Source: Candidatus Latescibacterota bacterium (GTDB lineage Bacteria; Latescibacterota; UBA2968; UBA8231). From it: a stretch of DNA of 64,000 nucleotides. This document shows, in pieces, positions 20,183 to 30,624 of the stretch (position 1 is the stretch's first letter; each line of letters starts with the position of its first letter). The stretch spans positions 4,512,001 to 4,576,000 of the forward strand of contig OZ252098.1 in the NCBI GenBank assembly GCA_965248355.1, in the 5' to 3' direction. The translations under genes and the position numbers were made by a program. A model generated the notes under the pieces. That model was not told where the DNA came from. It was given only the letters and a program-made list of their open reading frames with translations, and searched no databases.

Positions 20183-21579
20183 GTGGAAGCGCAGCTTTGA
20201 AGCTGCTCGTCGCCACCGGACTCCAGCTGGCAACACCAGCCTCCGGCGACGACCGGGTCGCCGGCCACTGGGAGGGGCGGATCGAGACCCTCGGCCAGCC
20301 CCTGGTGGTGAGGGTCGATCTCGACATCGGCGGCGGGATCTGGAGCGGGTCGATCGACATCCCCGTCCAGGGGGCCAGGGGCCTGCCCCTGGAGGGCATC
20401 GAGATCAGCGAAGACGGCGCCCGCGTCAGCTTCCGGATCCGCGGCGTGCCGGGAGACCCGACCTTCAGCGGCTCCTTCGACGGCGACGCCATCGAGGGGC
20501 GGTTCACCCAGGGCGCCGCCGACTTCGGCTTCCGTCTCTCGCGGGAGGCGGCCGCCTCCCCGGCCAGGCCGCAGGAGCCGAAGCCGCCCTTCCCCTACGA
20601 GATCGAGGAGGTGAGCTTCCGGAGCGGCCCCGTCACCTTCGCCGGCACCCTGACCGTGCCGCCGGGCGAGGGCCCCTTCCCCGCCGTGCTGCTCATCTCC
20701 GGCAGCGGCCTGCAGGACCGCGACCAGACGGTCTTCGGCCACCGGCCGTTCCTGGTCTGGGCCGACCACCTGACCCGCGCCGGCCTGGTGGTGCTGCGGG
20801 TCGACGACGCCGGCGCCGGCGGATCGACACCCCATCCGGAGCCGCCCACCACGGCGGACTTCGCCGGTGACGCCGCCGCGGCCGTAGCCTTCCTCGAGGG
20901 GGACGCCCGCCTCGAGCCCATCGGCCTGCTGGGCCACAGCGAGGGCGGCGCCATCGCCGCCATCGTCGCCTCGCAAGGAGACGACATCGCCTTCGTCGTG
21001 CTGCTGGCCGGTCCCGGGGTGCCGGGCGCGGCTCTGCTGCGCCGGCAGAACGAGCGCATCTTCGAGGCCGCCGGGATCGCCGGTGACCGCCGCCAGGCCT
21101 CCCTCGCCCTCCTGGACAGCCTGTTCGCCACCTTGACCTCGGACCGGGAAGAAGGGGATCTGCGCCGTGAGGTGGAGGAGATCGTCCGCCGGCAACTCGA
21201 GGTCGGCGGCCTCTCCGCCGAGCGCCAGGACCAGGGCCAGGTGCAGAGGGCCGTGGACCAGGCCGTCGATCCGTGGATGCGCTGGTTCCTCGTCTTCGAT
21301 CCGCGCCCGGCCCTGAGAGCCGTGCGGGCGCCGGTGCTGGCCCTCAACGGCGAGCTGGACCTGCACGTCGACGCCGGGCAGAACCTGACCTCCATCGCCG
21401 CCGCCCTCGAGGCCGGCGGCAACCGCAACGTGACGCTGCTCAGCCTGCCCGGGCACAACCACCTGTTCCACCGCGCCGCCACGGGAATGACCCACGAGTA
21501 CGCCGCCATCGAGGAGACGGTCTCGCCCGAGGTCCTCGATCAGGTGCGCGACTGGATCCTCACAGTGACTGGAGAATGA
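20179..21579 (+). CDS. Alpha/beta hydrolase (serine peptidase/esterase-like) with N-terminal beta domain
   Basis: RPQEPKPPFPY, LLISGSG.QDRD, GHSEGG nucleophile elbow, GELD, HNHLF; ATGA overlap with the upstream gene. Confidence 0.88.
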   Translation: MSGSAALKLLVATGLQLATPASGDDRVAGHWEGRIETLGQPLVVRVDLDIGGGIWSGSIDIPVQGARGLPLEGIEISEDGARVSFRIRGVPGDPTFSGSFDGDAIEGRFTQGAADFGFRLSREAAASPARPQEPKPPFPYEIEEVSFRSGPVTFAGTLTVPPGEGPFPAVLLISGSGLQDRDQTVFGHRPFLVWADHLTRAGLVVLRVDDAGAGGSTPHPEPPTTADFAGDAAAAVAFLEGDARLEPIGLLGHSEGGAIAAIVASQGDDIAFVVLLAGPGVPGAALLRRQNERIFEAAGIAGDRRQASLALLDSLFATLTSDREEGDLRREVEEIVRRQLEVGGLSAERQDQGQVQRAVDQAVDPWMRWFLVFDPRPALRAVRAPVLALNGELDLHVDAGQNLTSIAAALEAGGNRNVTLLSLPGHNHLFHRAATGMTHEYAAIEETVSPEVLDQVRDWILTVTGE

Positions 21580-21581
21580 CC

Positions 21582-22469
21582 ATGGAAACGCGCACCCTCG
21601 GAACAACCGATCTCACCGTCACCCGCCTCGGCTTCGGCGGCGCCCGCATCGGCTACGAGGACGTGACCCCGGACCAGGCCGACCGCCTGCTCAACGGTCT
21701 CCTCGACGTGGGCGTGACCTTCGTCGACACGGCCGCCTGCTACCATGACAGCGAGGAGCAGATCGGCCAGTGGATCGGCGCCCGGCGGGAGGAGTACGTC
21801 CTCGCCTCCAAGTGCGGGCACGTGACCGGCGGCGCCACCGGGGAGGCGTGGTCGGCGGAGACCATCGCCCACAGCATCGACCGCTCCCTCGAGCGCCTGC
21901 GGACCGACCGCATCGACCTGATACAGCTCCACAGCTGCTCGGCCGAGGAGCTGGACCGCGGCGAGGCGGTGGAGGCCGTGCTGCGGGCGAAGGAGGCGGG
22001 CAAGGTGCGCTACGTGGGCTACAGCGGCGACGGGGAGGCGGCCGTACGGGCTATTGCGATGGGCGTCTTCAGCACCCTCCAGACCTCGTACAACGTCGTC
22101 GACCAGGAGGCCCGCAGGGAGGTCCTGCCGGCGGCGCGGGAGGCCGGCATGGGGGTCATCGCCAAGCGCCCCCTGGCCAACGCCGCCTTCAAGACCGAGG
22201 CGTCGCGTTACAGTTACGCCGACGTCTACTGGGAGCGGGCCAAGAGCATGGAGGTCCCCGAAGGCGCCCCCGCCGACGGCGTCGAGCTCGCGCTGCGGTT
22301 CTGTCTCTCCCACGAGTCGATCGACACCGCCATCGCCGGCACGTCCCGCATCCAGAACGCCGAGAAGAACATGGAGATCATCGCCAGGGGCGACCTGCCC
22401 GAGGAGGTGGTCACCTCCCTCTTCGAGCAGTTCGACCGGGCCGGCGGCGACTGGACACCGCAGATGTAG
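21582..22469 (+). CDS. Aldo/keto reductase
   Basis: RTLGTTDLTVTRLGFG, DTAACY..SE, SLERLRTDRIDLIQLH, GKVRYVGYS. Confidence 0.93.
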   Translation: METRTLGTTDLTVTRLGFGGARIGYEDVTPDQADRLLNGLLDVGVTFVDTAACYHDSEEQIGQWIGARREEYVLASKCGHVTGGATGEAWSAETIAHSIDRSLERLRTDRIDLIQLHSCSAEELDRGEAVEAVLRAKEAGKVRYVGYSGDGEAAVRAIAMGVFSTLQTSYNVVDQEARREVLPAAREAGMGVIAKRPLANAAFKTEASRYSYADVYWERAKSMEVPEGAPADGVELALRFCLSHESIDTAIAGTSRIQNAEKNMEIIARGDLPEEVVTSLFEQFDRAGGDWTPQM

Positions 22470-22482
22470 CGGCACCACGGGC

Positions 22483-23589
22483 ATGCCGTACAGAATGATC
22501 CAGGTCGGCACGGGCGGACGGGGCCGCTCCTGGTGCCAGGGCATCCTCCCTCCCAACATCGAGGACGGCCTGATCGAGGTGGTCGCCGCCGTGGACACCA
22601 ACCCCGAGGCGCTGGCGAACGCCCAGGGCTTTCTCGGCCTGCCTCCCGAAAAGTGTTACACCGACCTTCAGCGGGCCTTCGCCGAGAACGACGCCGACTT
22701 CTGCACCGTCGTCGTGCCGCCGGCCTTTCACGAGGAGATCGTCGACGCGGCCCTGGCCCACGACATGCACGTCCTCTCCGAGAAACCGATCGCGGACACC
22801 CTCGCGGCGTCTTGCCGCATCGCCGCGAAGGTGCGGCGGGCAGGGCGGAAGATGGGCGTCACCATGAGCCACAGATTCGCCCAGAGCAAGAGGACCCTCC
22901 GCGAAGCCCTCAGGTCGGGCGGCTGCGGTGCCATCGACTACCTGGTCATGCGCTTCACCTGCGACACGCGCGAGCACGGCGACTGGGGAGCCTTCCGCTA
23001 CGAGATGAAGGATCCCCTCCTGATCGAAGGCGCGGTCCATCACCTCGACATCCTCGCCGACATGGGCGGGGCCGACTGCCGCACGCTCTACGCCCAGACG
23101 TGGAATCCGCCGTGGGGCGCATACCAGGGAGACTCGCAGGCCCTGGTGACGATGCAGCTCGAGAACGGCGTGCGCGCCTTCTACGAGGGAGCGAAGACGA
23201 ACGCCGTGGGCCTCAACGGCTGGGGCCGGGAGTACCTGCGCGCCGAGTGCGAGTTGGCCACCCTGATCATGGATCACGGTGAGATCGAGCGCTTCGACCA
23301 CGACGGCGAGGCCCGCTCGGCCGGCGCCCGCTCGGCCGGCGCCCGCCACGGTGAGGGAGAGGCCGTTCCCCTCTTGGAGCAGCGCAAGTGGACCGACGCC
23401 TGGCTGGTGGAGAAGTTCGTCCACTGGCTCGACGGGGGAGAGCCGATGGAGACCCACGTGGAGGCCAACCTGCAATCGGTGGCCATGGTCTTCGCCGCCA
23501 TCGAGAGCTGCCGGACGGGAGGTCCCGTCGAGGTGCAGGAGTTCCTCGGCGCGGCGCGGGTCCGGGCGGCGGAGGAACTGGATGGCTGA
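22483..23589 (+). CDS. Gfo/Idh/MocA family oxidoreductase
   Basis: IQVGTGGRG, VVPPAFH, HVLSEKPIA, EGAVHHLD. Confidence 0.9.
   Translation: MPYRMIQVGTGGRGRSWCQGILPPNIEDGLIEVVAAVDTNPEALANAQGFLGLPPEKCYTDLQRAFAENDADFCTVVVPPAFHEEIVDAALAHDMHVLSEKPIADTLAASCRIAAKVRRAGRKMGVTMSHRFAQSKRTLREALRSGGCGAIDYLVMRFTCDTREHGDWGAFRYEMKDPLLIEGAVHHLDILADMGGADCRTLYAQTWNPPWGAYQGDSQALVTMQLENGVRAFYEGAKTNAVGLNGWGREYLRAECELATLIMDHGEIERFDHDGEARSAGARSAGARHGEGEAVPLLEQRKWTDAWLVEKFVHWLDGGEPMETHVEANLQSVAMVFAAIESCRTGGPVEVQEFLGAARVRAAEELDG
23311..23346 (+). repeat. In-frame 15-bp tandem duplication (GCCCGCTCGGCCGGC x2 plus partial copy)
   Basis: Exact copies at 23311-23325 and 23326-23340, encoding ARSAG-ARSAG-AR. Confidence 0.85.
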
Positions 23590-24406
23590 ATCGAAGCTGG
23601 GTCCGACCGACGCGCAGGCCGGGACACCGGGAGGGCGGCCTCAGTACCGGGACTCGACCAACCTCAGGGCGCGCGCCGGCCTCCACGCCAGGTTCAGCAC
23701 CAATGAGGTCGACTGGGTACGGTGGGTCTTCGAGCGCCTCGATCTCAAAGCAGATAGCCGCGTTCTGGAACTGGGCTGCGGGATTGGGCAGCTCTGGCGC
23801 CGCAACCTGCAGGACCTCCCGCGGGGCTGCGAGGTGGTGCTGTCAGACCTGTCTCCGGGGATGGCTTCCGAGGCGCGTGACAGACTGGCGGCGGACCGGC
23901 GCTTCACGGCGTGCGTGTGCGACGCGCAGGTACTGCCGTTCCCGCAGGAGTCCTTCGACCAGGTGGTAGCGAACCACATGCTCTACCACGTTCCCGACCG
24001 GAAGCGCGCCCTCCGAGAGATGTGGAGGGTACTGAAGACGGGAGGCAGGTTGATGGCCGCCACCAACGGCCGGTCCCACATGCGGGAGCTGTTCCGGATG
24101 CTCGACCGGGTGACCCCCGGCGCGAAGAACAGGCCCTTCCCGGTGGAGAACAGCTTCAGCCTTCAGAACGGCGCCGGCCAGCTTCGGGAGTGGTTCGCCG
24201 ACGTCAGCATGATCCCGCGGGACGACTCCCTGGAGGTGACGGAGGCGGGGCCGGTCGTCGCCTACGCGCTGTCGACGGACCGCTACGACCTGTCGGGAGA
24301 CGGGGAGACTTGGTTGGCCGAGTTGGTGGAGGATGAGATCGCCAGGAACGGCCGGTTCCTTGTCGCCAAAGAGACGGGGTTGTTCGTGGCGCGGAAGCAG
24401 CGGTAG
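23582..24406 (+). CDS. Class I SAM-dependent methyltransferase
   Basis: VLELGCGIG, SDLSPGM, FDQVVANHMLYHVPD, LKTGG. Confidence 0.9.
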   Translation: MAESKLGPTDAQAGTPGGRPQYRDSTNLRARAGLHARFSTNEVDWVRWVFERLDLKADSRVLELGCGIGQLWRRNLQDLPRGCEVVLSDLSPGMASEARDRLAADRRFTACVCDAQVLPFPQESFDQVVANHMLYHVPDRKRALREMWRVLKTGGRLMAATNGRSHMRELFRMLDRVTPGAKNRPFPVENSFSLQNGAGQLREWFADVSMIPRDDSLEVTEAGPVVAYALSTDRYDLSGDGETWLAELVEDEIARNGRFLVAKETGLFVARKQR

Positions 24407-24708
24407 CGCAGCCGGGAGCCTTCAGGGAATCAGGTCTCACCGTGAGGCCGACCCGGATGGAGATCCCGCATGGGGCCGTCCTGGAGACTGTAGGTCATAC
24501 CGAAGCACGACTTCTCGGCGAGTCAGTCTTGCGCACTCGTTCACGGGGCCGACAGTCCCATCACCCACGTGTGGCTGGAGCGACCGTCAAGGGGGAACCC
24601 TCCCAATGGTCAGGGATCGAAGGGCCGTGCATCGAGTTGGCCAAGGTTCATGTGTCCCCTATACTGCTGTCTATCTCCACCTACATCCCGTCACCTAAGA
24701 GAATTGCC

Positions 24709-27627
24709 ATGACCCACTCCTTCGCCAAGGCTTGGTGGATCGCGGCCGTCCTCGCCGTCGCCACTACCTCCTGGTCCCAGCCCAAGCTGATTCACGCACC
24801 GGATCCCTCCGATCCCATGGCCGTTCACGTGTACCGGCTGAAGAACGGCCTCACCGTCTATCTCAGCGAGAACGATCAGAAACCGCGGTTCTACGCCGAG
24901 ATCGTCGTCAGGGCGGGCAGCAAGCACGACCCGGCGATATCGACGGGGATCGCCCACTACCTCGAACACATGCTGTTCAAGGGGACCACCCGGCTCGGCA
25001 CCCTCGACTACGAAGCCGAGCGGGTTCATCTCGACAGCATCGTAGCTCTCTACGAGCGGCACTTCGCAGAGATCGATTCGACGAAGCGCCAGCAGCTGTA
25101 CGCCCTGATCAACGAACAAGGGCAGCTCGGATCCCAGTACGCCGTCCCCGGCGAGATCGACAGGACCTACAGCGCCCTCGGCGCCGAGGGTCTCAACGCC
25201 CACACCTGGGTCGAGGAGACGGTGTACAAGGTCGACCTGCCATCGAATCGTCTCGCCCACTGGGCGAGGCTGGAGGCGGAGCGGTTTGCGCAGCCGGTCT
25301 TCAGACTGTTTCAGACCGAGCTGGAAACGGTGTACGAGGAGAAGAACCGCTCCCTCGACAACAAGGACCAGCTCATCCGGGATGCGGTGAACCGCCACCT
25401 CTACAAGGTTCATCCCTACGGACAGCAGACGACCATCGGCTCGGTGGAACACCTGAAGAACCCATCTCTCAAGCTGATGTACGACTACTACCGGACGTGG
25501 TACGTGCCGAATAACATGGCCGTGATCATCTCGGGTGACGTCGACGTGGAGCGAGCCATCGAGCTGATCAATCGAGAGTTCTCCAGGTGGGAACGGCGCG
25601 AGCTGCCGAAGCCGAAAAAGTGGAGAGAGAAGAAGCTGGAGGAGATCGAGCGCGTCGAAGTCGTCTACCCGGGCGAGGAGTACGTGTTGCTGGCCTTTCG
25701 CACCGGCCCGAGCACCCACAAGCACACCGAGGCGCTGCAGGTTCTCGACTACATCCTGGACAACGCCACCGCCGGGCTGATCAACCTCAACCTCAATCAG
25801 AAACAGCGGGTGCGCCGCGCCGGCTCGTGGACTACGTCACACCACAACCGCAATGACTACGGAGCCCAGTACCTTTATGGAGTGCCCAAGGAGGGACAGA
25901 CGCTGGAGGAAGTCGAGGCGCTCCTGGTCGAGCAGCTGGACCTGATCAAGTCGGGCCGTTTCGAAGACTGGATCATTCCGGCCATCGTCACCGATTGGAA
26001 GAAGACCTACCGCCGGAGGCTCGAGGCGAACAGCTCCCGAGCGGCACTGATGCGCCAAGCCTTCCTGTCATTCAAAGAGTGGGACCACGCCCGGCGCAAG
26101 CTCGAGCGCATGGCGAAACTGCGCAAGAAGGATATCGTCAAGGTGGCGATGAAGTACTTCGACGACGGCTACGTCGCCGGTTATCGCCGTGATGGCGAGC
26201 TCTCCCTTCCGACGGTCGACAAACCGGTGCTCGATGCGATCGCCATAGACCCGGCGAGAGAGTCTGCCTTGGCCGCCGAGATCCTCGCTCTGCCGAGTGA
26301 GGATCTCGAGCCGGTATTCTTGATACCCGGCAAGGACTTCACCACGAAGAGACTGTGCGACGGGATCGATCTGTACTATGCGGCCAATCCGCTGAACGAC
26401 CTGTTTTCACTCGAGATCTCGGTCGACGTCGGCAAGCTGGCTGCGGGCCGGCTCGCGGTCGCGGGACGGCTCCTCGACAAGTCCGGCGCCGGCGGCCTGA
26501 GCTCCGAGGAGCTCAAGAAGGAGTGGTATCGTCTTGGGACCGAGTTCTCCTTTTCCCCCGGCGATCACTCCACAGCGATCTCGATCTCGGGATTGGACGA
26601 GAACTTCGCGCCCTCCATCGATCTGATGATGTCGGCACTGCTGCAGCCGACGGCGCCGGATTCCACCCTTGACGAGCTGATCGAGATCATCCTCGTGGAG
26701 CGGCAGGATGCCGTCAAGGATCACAACACGGTTCAGCGGGCCCTGTTCCGGTTCAACCGTCACGGCGAGAATTCCTCCTACCTGCGGGTGCTGTCGAACG
26801 AGCAGCTCCAGCGCTTGACGGTGGGGGAGCTGCATGCCATCGCCAGCAACCTGTTGTCGCACGAGCACGATGTATCGTATACAGGTTCCCTGCCGATCGA
26901 GCAGGTCATGGAGACGCTGTCGGAGCGCTACGTCCTCCCCGCGGCCGAGTTGAGAGCCCCGCCGCCGTTTGAGGCCTTGGAGATACGCCGGCCCGAGGAG
27001 ACGGAAATCCTGTTCTTCTACAAGGAGATGGCCCAGGCCCTGGTCCGCATCGAGTCGGGGGGTGAGACCTACGGCGAGGACAGGCGCCCCCAGATCGATC
27101 TCTTCAACGAGTACTTCTACGGAGGCATGACCGGTATTGTCTTCCAGGAGCTACGCGAAGCGAGGGCCCTGGCGTACTCGGCCTGGGCCTGGCAGTTCCA
27201 CGGAGACCGCAAGGAGGACTACGATCTGTTCTCCGGCTTCATCGGCTCTCAGGCGGACAAGGCCCCAGAGGCCGTCGGAGCGTTCATCGAGCTGATCGAC
27301 GACATTCCCGAATCGGAGGAGCGCTTCGCCGCTGCTAGAAAGGCACTCGTCGAGCAGTACCGCACCCGGCGGCTCGGGTTCAGGGATGTGCTGGGGGCGG
27401 TGCGCAAATGGGAACGTCAGGAGGTCCCCATCGATCCACGGGCCTGGCGTTTCGAGCAGGTCAAGATCGCCTCACTCCCCCAGCTGCTCGACTACCATGC
27501 GAGACACATCGAGGGGCGGCCGAAGATGATCTCCATCGTCGGGGATGGATCGAAGATCGACTTGGACGAGCTCAGTCGTTTCGGAGAGGTGGTCGAGGTC
27601 GGCATCGAGCATATCTTCGGGTATTGA
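24709..27627 (+). CDS. M16 (insulinase family) zinc peptidase, exported
   Basis: Signal peptide; HYLEH inverted zinc motif; NAHT; ELREARALAYSA. Confidence 0.93.
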   Translation: MTHSFAKAWWIAAVLAVATTSWSQPKLIHAPDPSDPMAVHVYRLKNGLTVYLSENDQKPRFYAEIVVRAGSKHDPAISTGIAHYLEHMLFKGTTRLGTLDYEAERVHLDSIVALYERHFAEIDSTKRQQLYALINEQGQLGSQYAVPGEIDRTYSALGAEGLNAHTWVEETVYKVDLPSNRLAHWARLEAERFAQPVFRLFQTELETVYEEKNRSLDNKDQLIRDAVNRHLYKVHPYGQQTTIGSVEHLKNPSLKLMYDYYRTWYVPNNMAVIISGDVDVERAIELINREFSRWERRELPKPKKWREKKLEEIERVEVVYPGEEYVLLAFRTGPSTHKHTEALQVLDYILDNATAGLINLNLNQKQRVRRAGSWTTSHHNRNDYGAQYLYGVPKEGQTLEEVEALLVEQLDLIKSGRFEDWIIPAIVTDWKKTYRRRLEANSSRAALMRQAFLSFKEWDHARRKLERMAKLRKKDIVKVAMKYFDDGYVAGYRRDGELSLPTVDKPVLDAIAIDPARESALAAEILALPSEDLEPVFLIPGKDFTTKRLCDGIDLYYAANPLNDLFSLEISVDVGKLAAGRLAVAGRLLDKSGAGGLSSEELKKEWYRLGTEFSFSPGDHSTAISISGLDENFAPSIDLMMSALLQPTAPDSTLDELIEIILVERQDAVKDHNTVQRALFRFNRHGENSSYLRVLSNEQLQRLTVGELHAIASNLLSHEHDVSYTGSLPIEQVMETLSERYVLPAAELRAPPPFEALEIRRPEETEILFFYKEMAQALVRIESGGETYGEDRRPQIDLFNEYFYGGMTGIVFQELREARALAYSAWAWQFHGDRKEDYDLFSGFIGSQADKAPEAVGAFIELIDDIPESEERFAAARKALVEQYRTRRLGFRDVLGAVRKWERQEVPIDPRAWRFEQVKIASLPQLLDYHARHIEGRPKMISIVGDGSKIDLDELSRFGEVVEVGIEHIFGY

Positions 27628-27742
27628 TTGTTGACGCCAAGGCTGCGGGTACGGGCCCGACCGCTTCGTGAGGTGTCCACTATGAATCACGAGGCTAAAG
27701 GACCGTCCATCGACTCCGCCGTAGCCGCGACCCGGACACGCC

Positions 27743-28738
27743 CTAGAGCGCCAGCACCTCATCCCAGAACCGCCGCTCCACCGGCACTCCGAGGCGCAGG
27801 GCCTCGCGACGCCGCTCGGCGCTGCGCTGCCCGGGGTAAGCGACCCCCTCTCCGGGCAGGGAGGCCGCCGAGGCCAGGTCGGCCAGCGACTCCTCCACGG
27901 CCTGCCGCACGCGGGCGGGATCGCCGACCTTCGCCAGGTCGATGGCCAGGAACATCTGCGACACCCCCGCCTCCTTCGGCTCCCGCGAGATCTCCGCCGT
28001 GGTGCGGCCCCCGGAGACCAGGGCCGCCACCAGGTCCAGGCACAGGGCCAGGCCGCTGCCCTTCCAGAGGCCGATGGGGAGGGGGCGCTCCAGGGCCGCG
28101 GCGTCGGTGGTCAGCCGGCCCTCGGCGTCGTACCCGCCGGGCACGGGCAGGGGCTCGCCGCTGCGCGCGTGGATCTGCACGCGCCCGCCCGAGAACTGGC
28201 TCATCGCCATGTCGAGGAGCACGGGGTCGCCTCCGGGCGCCGGCACCGCCATCACCAGGGGGTTGTTCCCCAGCCGTTTCTCCGCCGAGCCGTGGGGCGG
28301 CATCAGGCGCGTCGTGTTCGTCCAGCAGATGCCGATGCAGCCGCCCGCCGCCGCCCGCAGGCCGTAGGTGCCGGCGCGCATCCAGTGGCTGGTGTTGCGC
28401 AGGGCCACGGCGCCCACCGCGTGCTCGCGGGCCAGCTCGACGGCGCGGTCCATGCAGGCCAGGGCGCTGAGGATGCCGGGGCCCCGGTGCCCGTCCCACT
28501 GCTCCAGCGCCCCGAGGGCGGCCACCCGCTCGGCCCGGGCCGCCGGGTCGAGCCGTCCGCCGCGCACGTCGCCGACGAAGGCGGGGAAGCGGTTGATCCC
28601 GTGGGAGGCGACGCCGTCGCAGGTGTTGTCGGCGAAGACGCGCGCCAGCGTGGCCGCGTCCGCCTCGTCGAAGCCGGAGGCCGACAGGGCCCGCTCGAAC
28701 TCGCCGAGCATGCGCTCATAGGGAACACGGAAGGTCAA
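27743..28738 (-). CDS. yiaK: 2,3-diketo-L-gulonate reductase (Ldh_2 family)
   Basis: DGVASHGINRFP, ALRNTSHWMRAGTYG, CWTNT, LGNNPL, DMAMSQFS, WKGSGL. Confidence 0.85.
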   Translation of the reverse strand: MTFRVPYERMLGEFERALSASGFDEADAATLARVFADNTCDGVASHGINRFPAFVGDVRGGRLDPAARAERVAALGALEQWDGHRGPGILSALACMDRAVELAREHAVGAVALRNTSHWMRAGTYGLRAAAGGCIGICWTNTTRLMPPHGSAEKRLGNNPLVMAVPAPGGDPVLLDMAMSQFSGGRVQIHARSGEPLPVPGGYDAEGRLTTDAAALERPLPIGLWKGSGLALCLDLVAALVSGGRTTAEISREPKEAGVSQMFLAIDLAKVGDPARVRQAVEESLADLASAASLPGEGVAYPGQRSAERRREALRLGVPVERRFWDEVLAL

Positions 28739-29985
28739 GGTCCCAGCGCCCCCACGGGGATCACTCCCACGTCCCCGGTTCCCGCGGTGCCGTACCCGCT
28801 CGGCACGATGACCGCAAGGGCGGACGGCCTCTCGTGGTCGCTGTGCTCCATCCGGCGGGCCAGCTTGCGAAGGTTCCTGGCGCCGTCTTCCACCCAGCGT
28901 TCGCCCAGCTTGATCTCGAAGGCCGCCCAGCGCCCATCCGCCGCCTCGACGATGGCGTCCACTTCCAGGCCCTCCTTCTCCCGGTAGTGGAACACCTGCG
29001 CGTCCGCGGCCTGGGCGTAGACCCGCAGGTCGCGGATCACCATGGACTCGAACAGAAGACCGAGGAACTCCAGGTCGGCGGTCAGGCGGGCGGGGGTGGC
29101 TCGCAACGCCGCAACCGCCAGCGAGGGATCGACGAAGTGCCGGACGGGGGTCTCACGAAGTGTGGTGCGGGATCGCAGATGCGGCGACCAGGCCGGCTGG
29201 TTCTCCACGACCATGAGCCGGTCCAGGGCGTCGAGATAGGCGGCGACCGTGTCCGCCTTCAGGGGCGCGCCGGTGCCGCCGGCTTCGGCGGTCAGCTTCG
29301 ACATGGACACGGGCGTGGCCATGTTGCGCGCCAGCGACCGCAGCAGGCGTCCCACCCTGACCGGATCCCGTGTCCTTCCGCTGACCGTCGATACGTCCGT
29401 GCGGCGTATCTCGTCGAGGTAGGCGCGGTTCGCGCGCAAGGTCTGCGGCAGCGCCTTGCCGATGTTGGCGGGCCAGCCCCCGGCGCATACGACCTGGGCG
29501 ACCGACAGGATCGGCAGCTCGGATGGCCTCGCCCGCTGTTCGGAGCCGTCCAGGAGGCGCTGCAAGGAGATTTCGCCAGTGGAGTGACCGGTCTCGCAAA
29601 GCGACATGGGGCGCATGCGCAGCCGGGAGAAGCGGCCGGCCCCGGTGTGGCGTGTGATGTCGTCGGCGGGAACGGCTGAGCCGGTGAGAATGAACCGGCC
29701 GGGGGCAGCGCGCCGGTCGACCGTTCTGCGCACGTGGTTCCAGATGGCGGGTTCGAGTTGCCACTCGTCGATCAGTCGCGGCGTGTCTCCGTCCAGTACC
29801 GCTCCCGGATCCGCGCCGATCATCCGCCGGGCATTGTCGTCTACGTCCAGCAGCACCTCGCTCCGGGCCGCCTGCATGGCGGTAGCCGTCTTCCCGGAGG
29901 CCTTGGGCCCTTCCACGAGGACCGCACCGGTGACTCCAAGCAGCTCCGCAAGTTCGGCATCGACGATGCGCGGCAGGTATGCCAT
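28735..29985 (-). CDS. AAA_14 ATPase with C-terminal DUF4143 and a PD-(D/E)xK-like motif
   Basis: Walker A GPKASGKT, Walker B LIDEWQ, FILTGS, GGWP, HFVDPSL, LFES, EVDAIV...AFEIKLG. Confidence 0.92.
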   Translation of the reverse strand: MAYLPRIVDAELAELLGVTGAVLVEGPKASGKTATAMQAARSEVLLDVDDNARRMIGADPGAVLDGDTPRLIDEWQLEPAIWNHVRRTVDRRAAPGRFILTGSAVPADDITRHTGAGRFSRLRMRPMSLCETGHSTGEISLQRLLDGSEQRARPSELPILSVAQVVCAGGWPANIGKALPQTLRANRAYLDEIRRTDVSTVSGRTRDPVRVGRLLRSLARNMATPVSMSKLTAEAGGTGAPLKADTVAAYLDALDRLMVVENQPAWSPHLRSRTTLRETPVRHFVDPSLAVAALRATPARLTADLEFLGLLFESMVIRDLRVYAQAADAQVFHYREKEGLEVDAIVEAADGRWAAFEIKLGERWVEDGARNLRKLARRMEHSDHERPSALAVIVPSGYGTAGTGDVGVIPVGALGP

Positions 29986-29993
29986 CGGTTGGT

Positions 29994-30022
29994 AGAGTAC
30001 ACCGGCCCGGCCGGCCCCGCAA
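29994..30022 (-). promoter_or_regulatory. Putative sigma70 promoter of the AAA/DUF4143 gene
   Basis: TTGCGG (30022-30017), 17-nt spacer, TACTCT (29999-29994); 8 nt then ATG; no SD. Confidence 0.5.
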
Positions 30023-30027
30023 GCTCC

Positions 30028-30119
30028 AGAGGGTGATTCGGCGGAGATATAGAGGGTGATTCGGCGTCAATACAGCGGGTGATTCGGCGGCTACTCAGCG
30101 GGTGATTCGGCGGACGGCA
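30028..30119. repeat. Array of four 23-bp-period direct repeats: 16-bp core AG(A/C)GGGTGATTCGGCG plus 7 variable nt
   Basis: Cores start at 30028, 30051, 30074 and 30097; a degenerate fifth (CGGGTGTTCG) lies near 30124. Confidence 0.92.
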
Positions 30120-30153
30120 TACCCGGGTGTTCGTCAGGTGCCGGAGGACCTGG

Positions 30154-30624
30154 TCAGCCTGGTTCCAGCATCCATGCGACGAACGCTTCGACCCGCTCGC
30201 GAAAGGCCGCGAGAGTCTCCGGCAACCGCTCTTCCAGGGACTCCATCCTATCCGCGTCCAGAACGCCGCCGTAGACATTCCGGAACAGATGCCGGAATCG
30301 GAGGTAATCCCCGAGAGTCCCGGCAAGGCCTTGATCGATGACAGCCGGGCGGACCTCGGCGATGTGGAGCGTCATGTCGTCGACCAGGTCCCGATGCCAC
30401 TGGTCGCCCCGCGGAACCCCTCCGTTGAGCTCTCGGGCGATGCGAAGGAAGACGCGTTCGACGCCGTTGTAGAAATCGTGAAGGATCGAGCCGCGAGCCC
30501 TCACGGAATAGGTGTCGTCCTGCCGTGGAGCCTTGGCGAGCTCCTCGCCCAGGGCGGCCAGGCTCGCAAGCTCGGATTCGACTTCAGCGGCCAGCCTCCG
30601 AGCCACGACCTCTTCCAGTCTCAC
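30154..30624 (-). CDS. HepT-like HEPN-domain protein
   Basis: LHDFYNGVERVF, WHRDL, YLRFRHLFRNVYG. Confidence 0.85.
   Translation of the reverse strand: MRLEEVVARRLAAEVESELASLAALGEELAKAPRQDDTYSVRARGSILHDFYNGVERVFLRIARELNGGVPRGDQWHRDLVDDMTLHIAEVRPAVIDQGLAGTLGDYLRFRHLFRNVYGGVLDADRMESLEERLPETLAAFRERVEAFVAWMLEPG

Noticed and set aside
24410..24700. ncRNA or N-terminal extension of the M16 peptidase
   Set aside because: No recognisable RNA motif; the signal peptide begins at ATG 24709
30028..30119. CRISPR array
   Set aside because: 16-bp repeats and 7-nt spacers are far too short, and no cas genes are present; kept as a different repeat type
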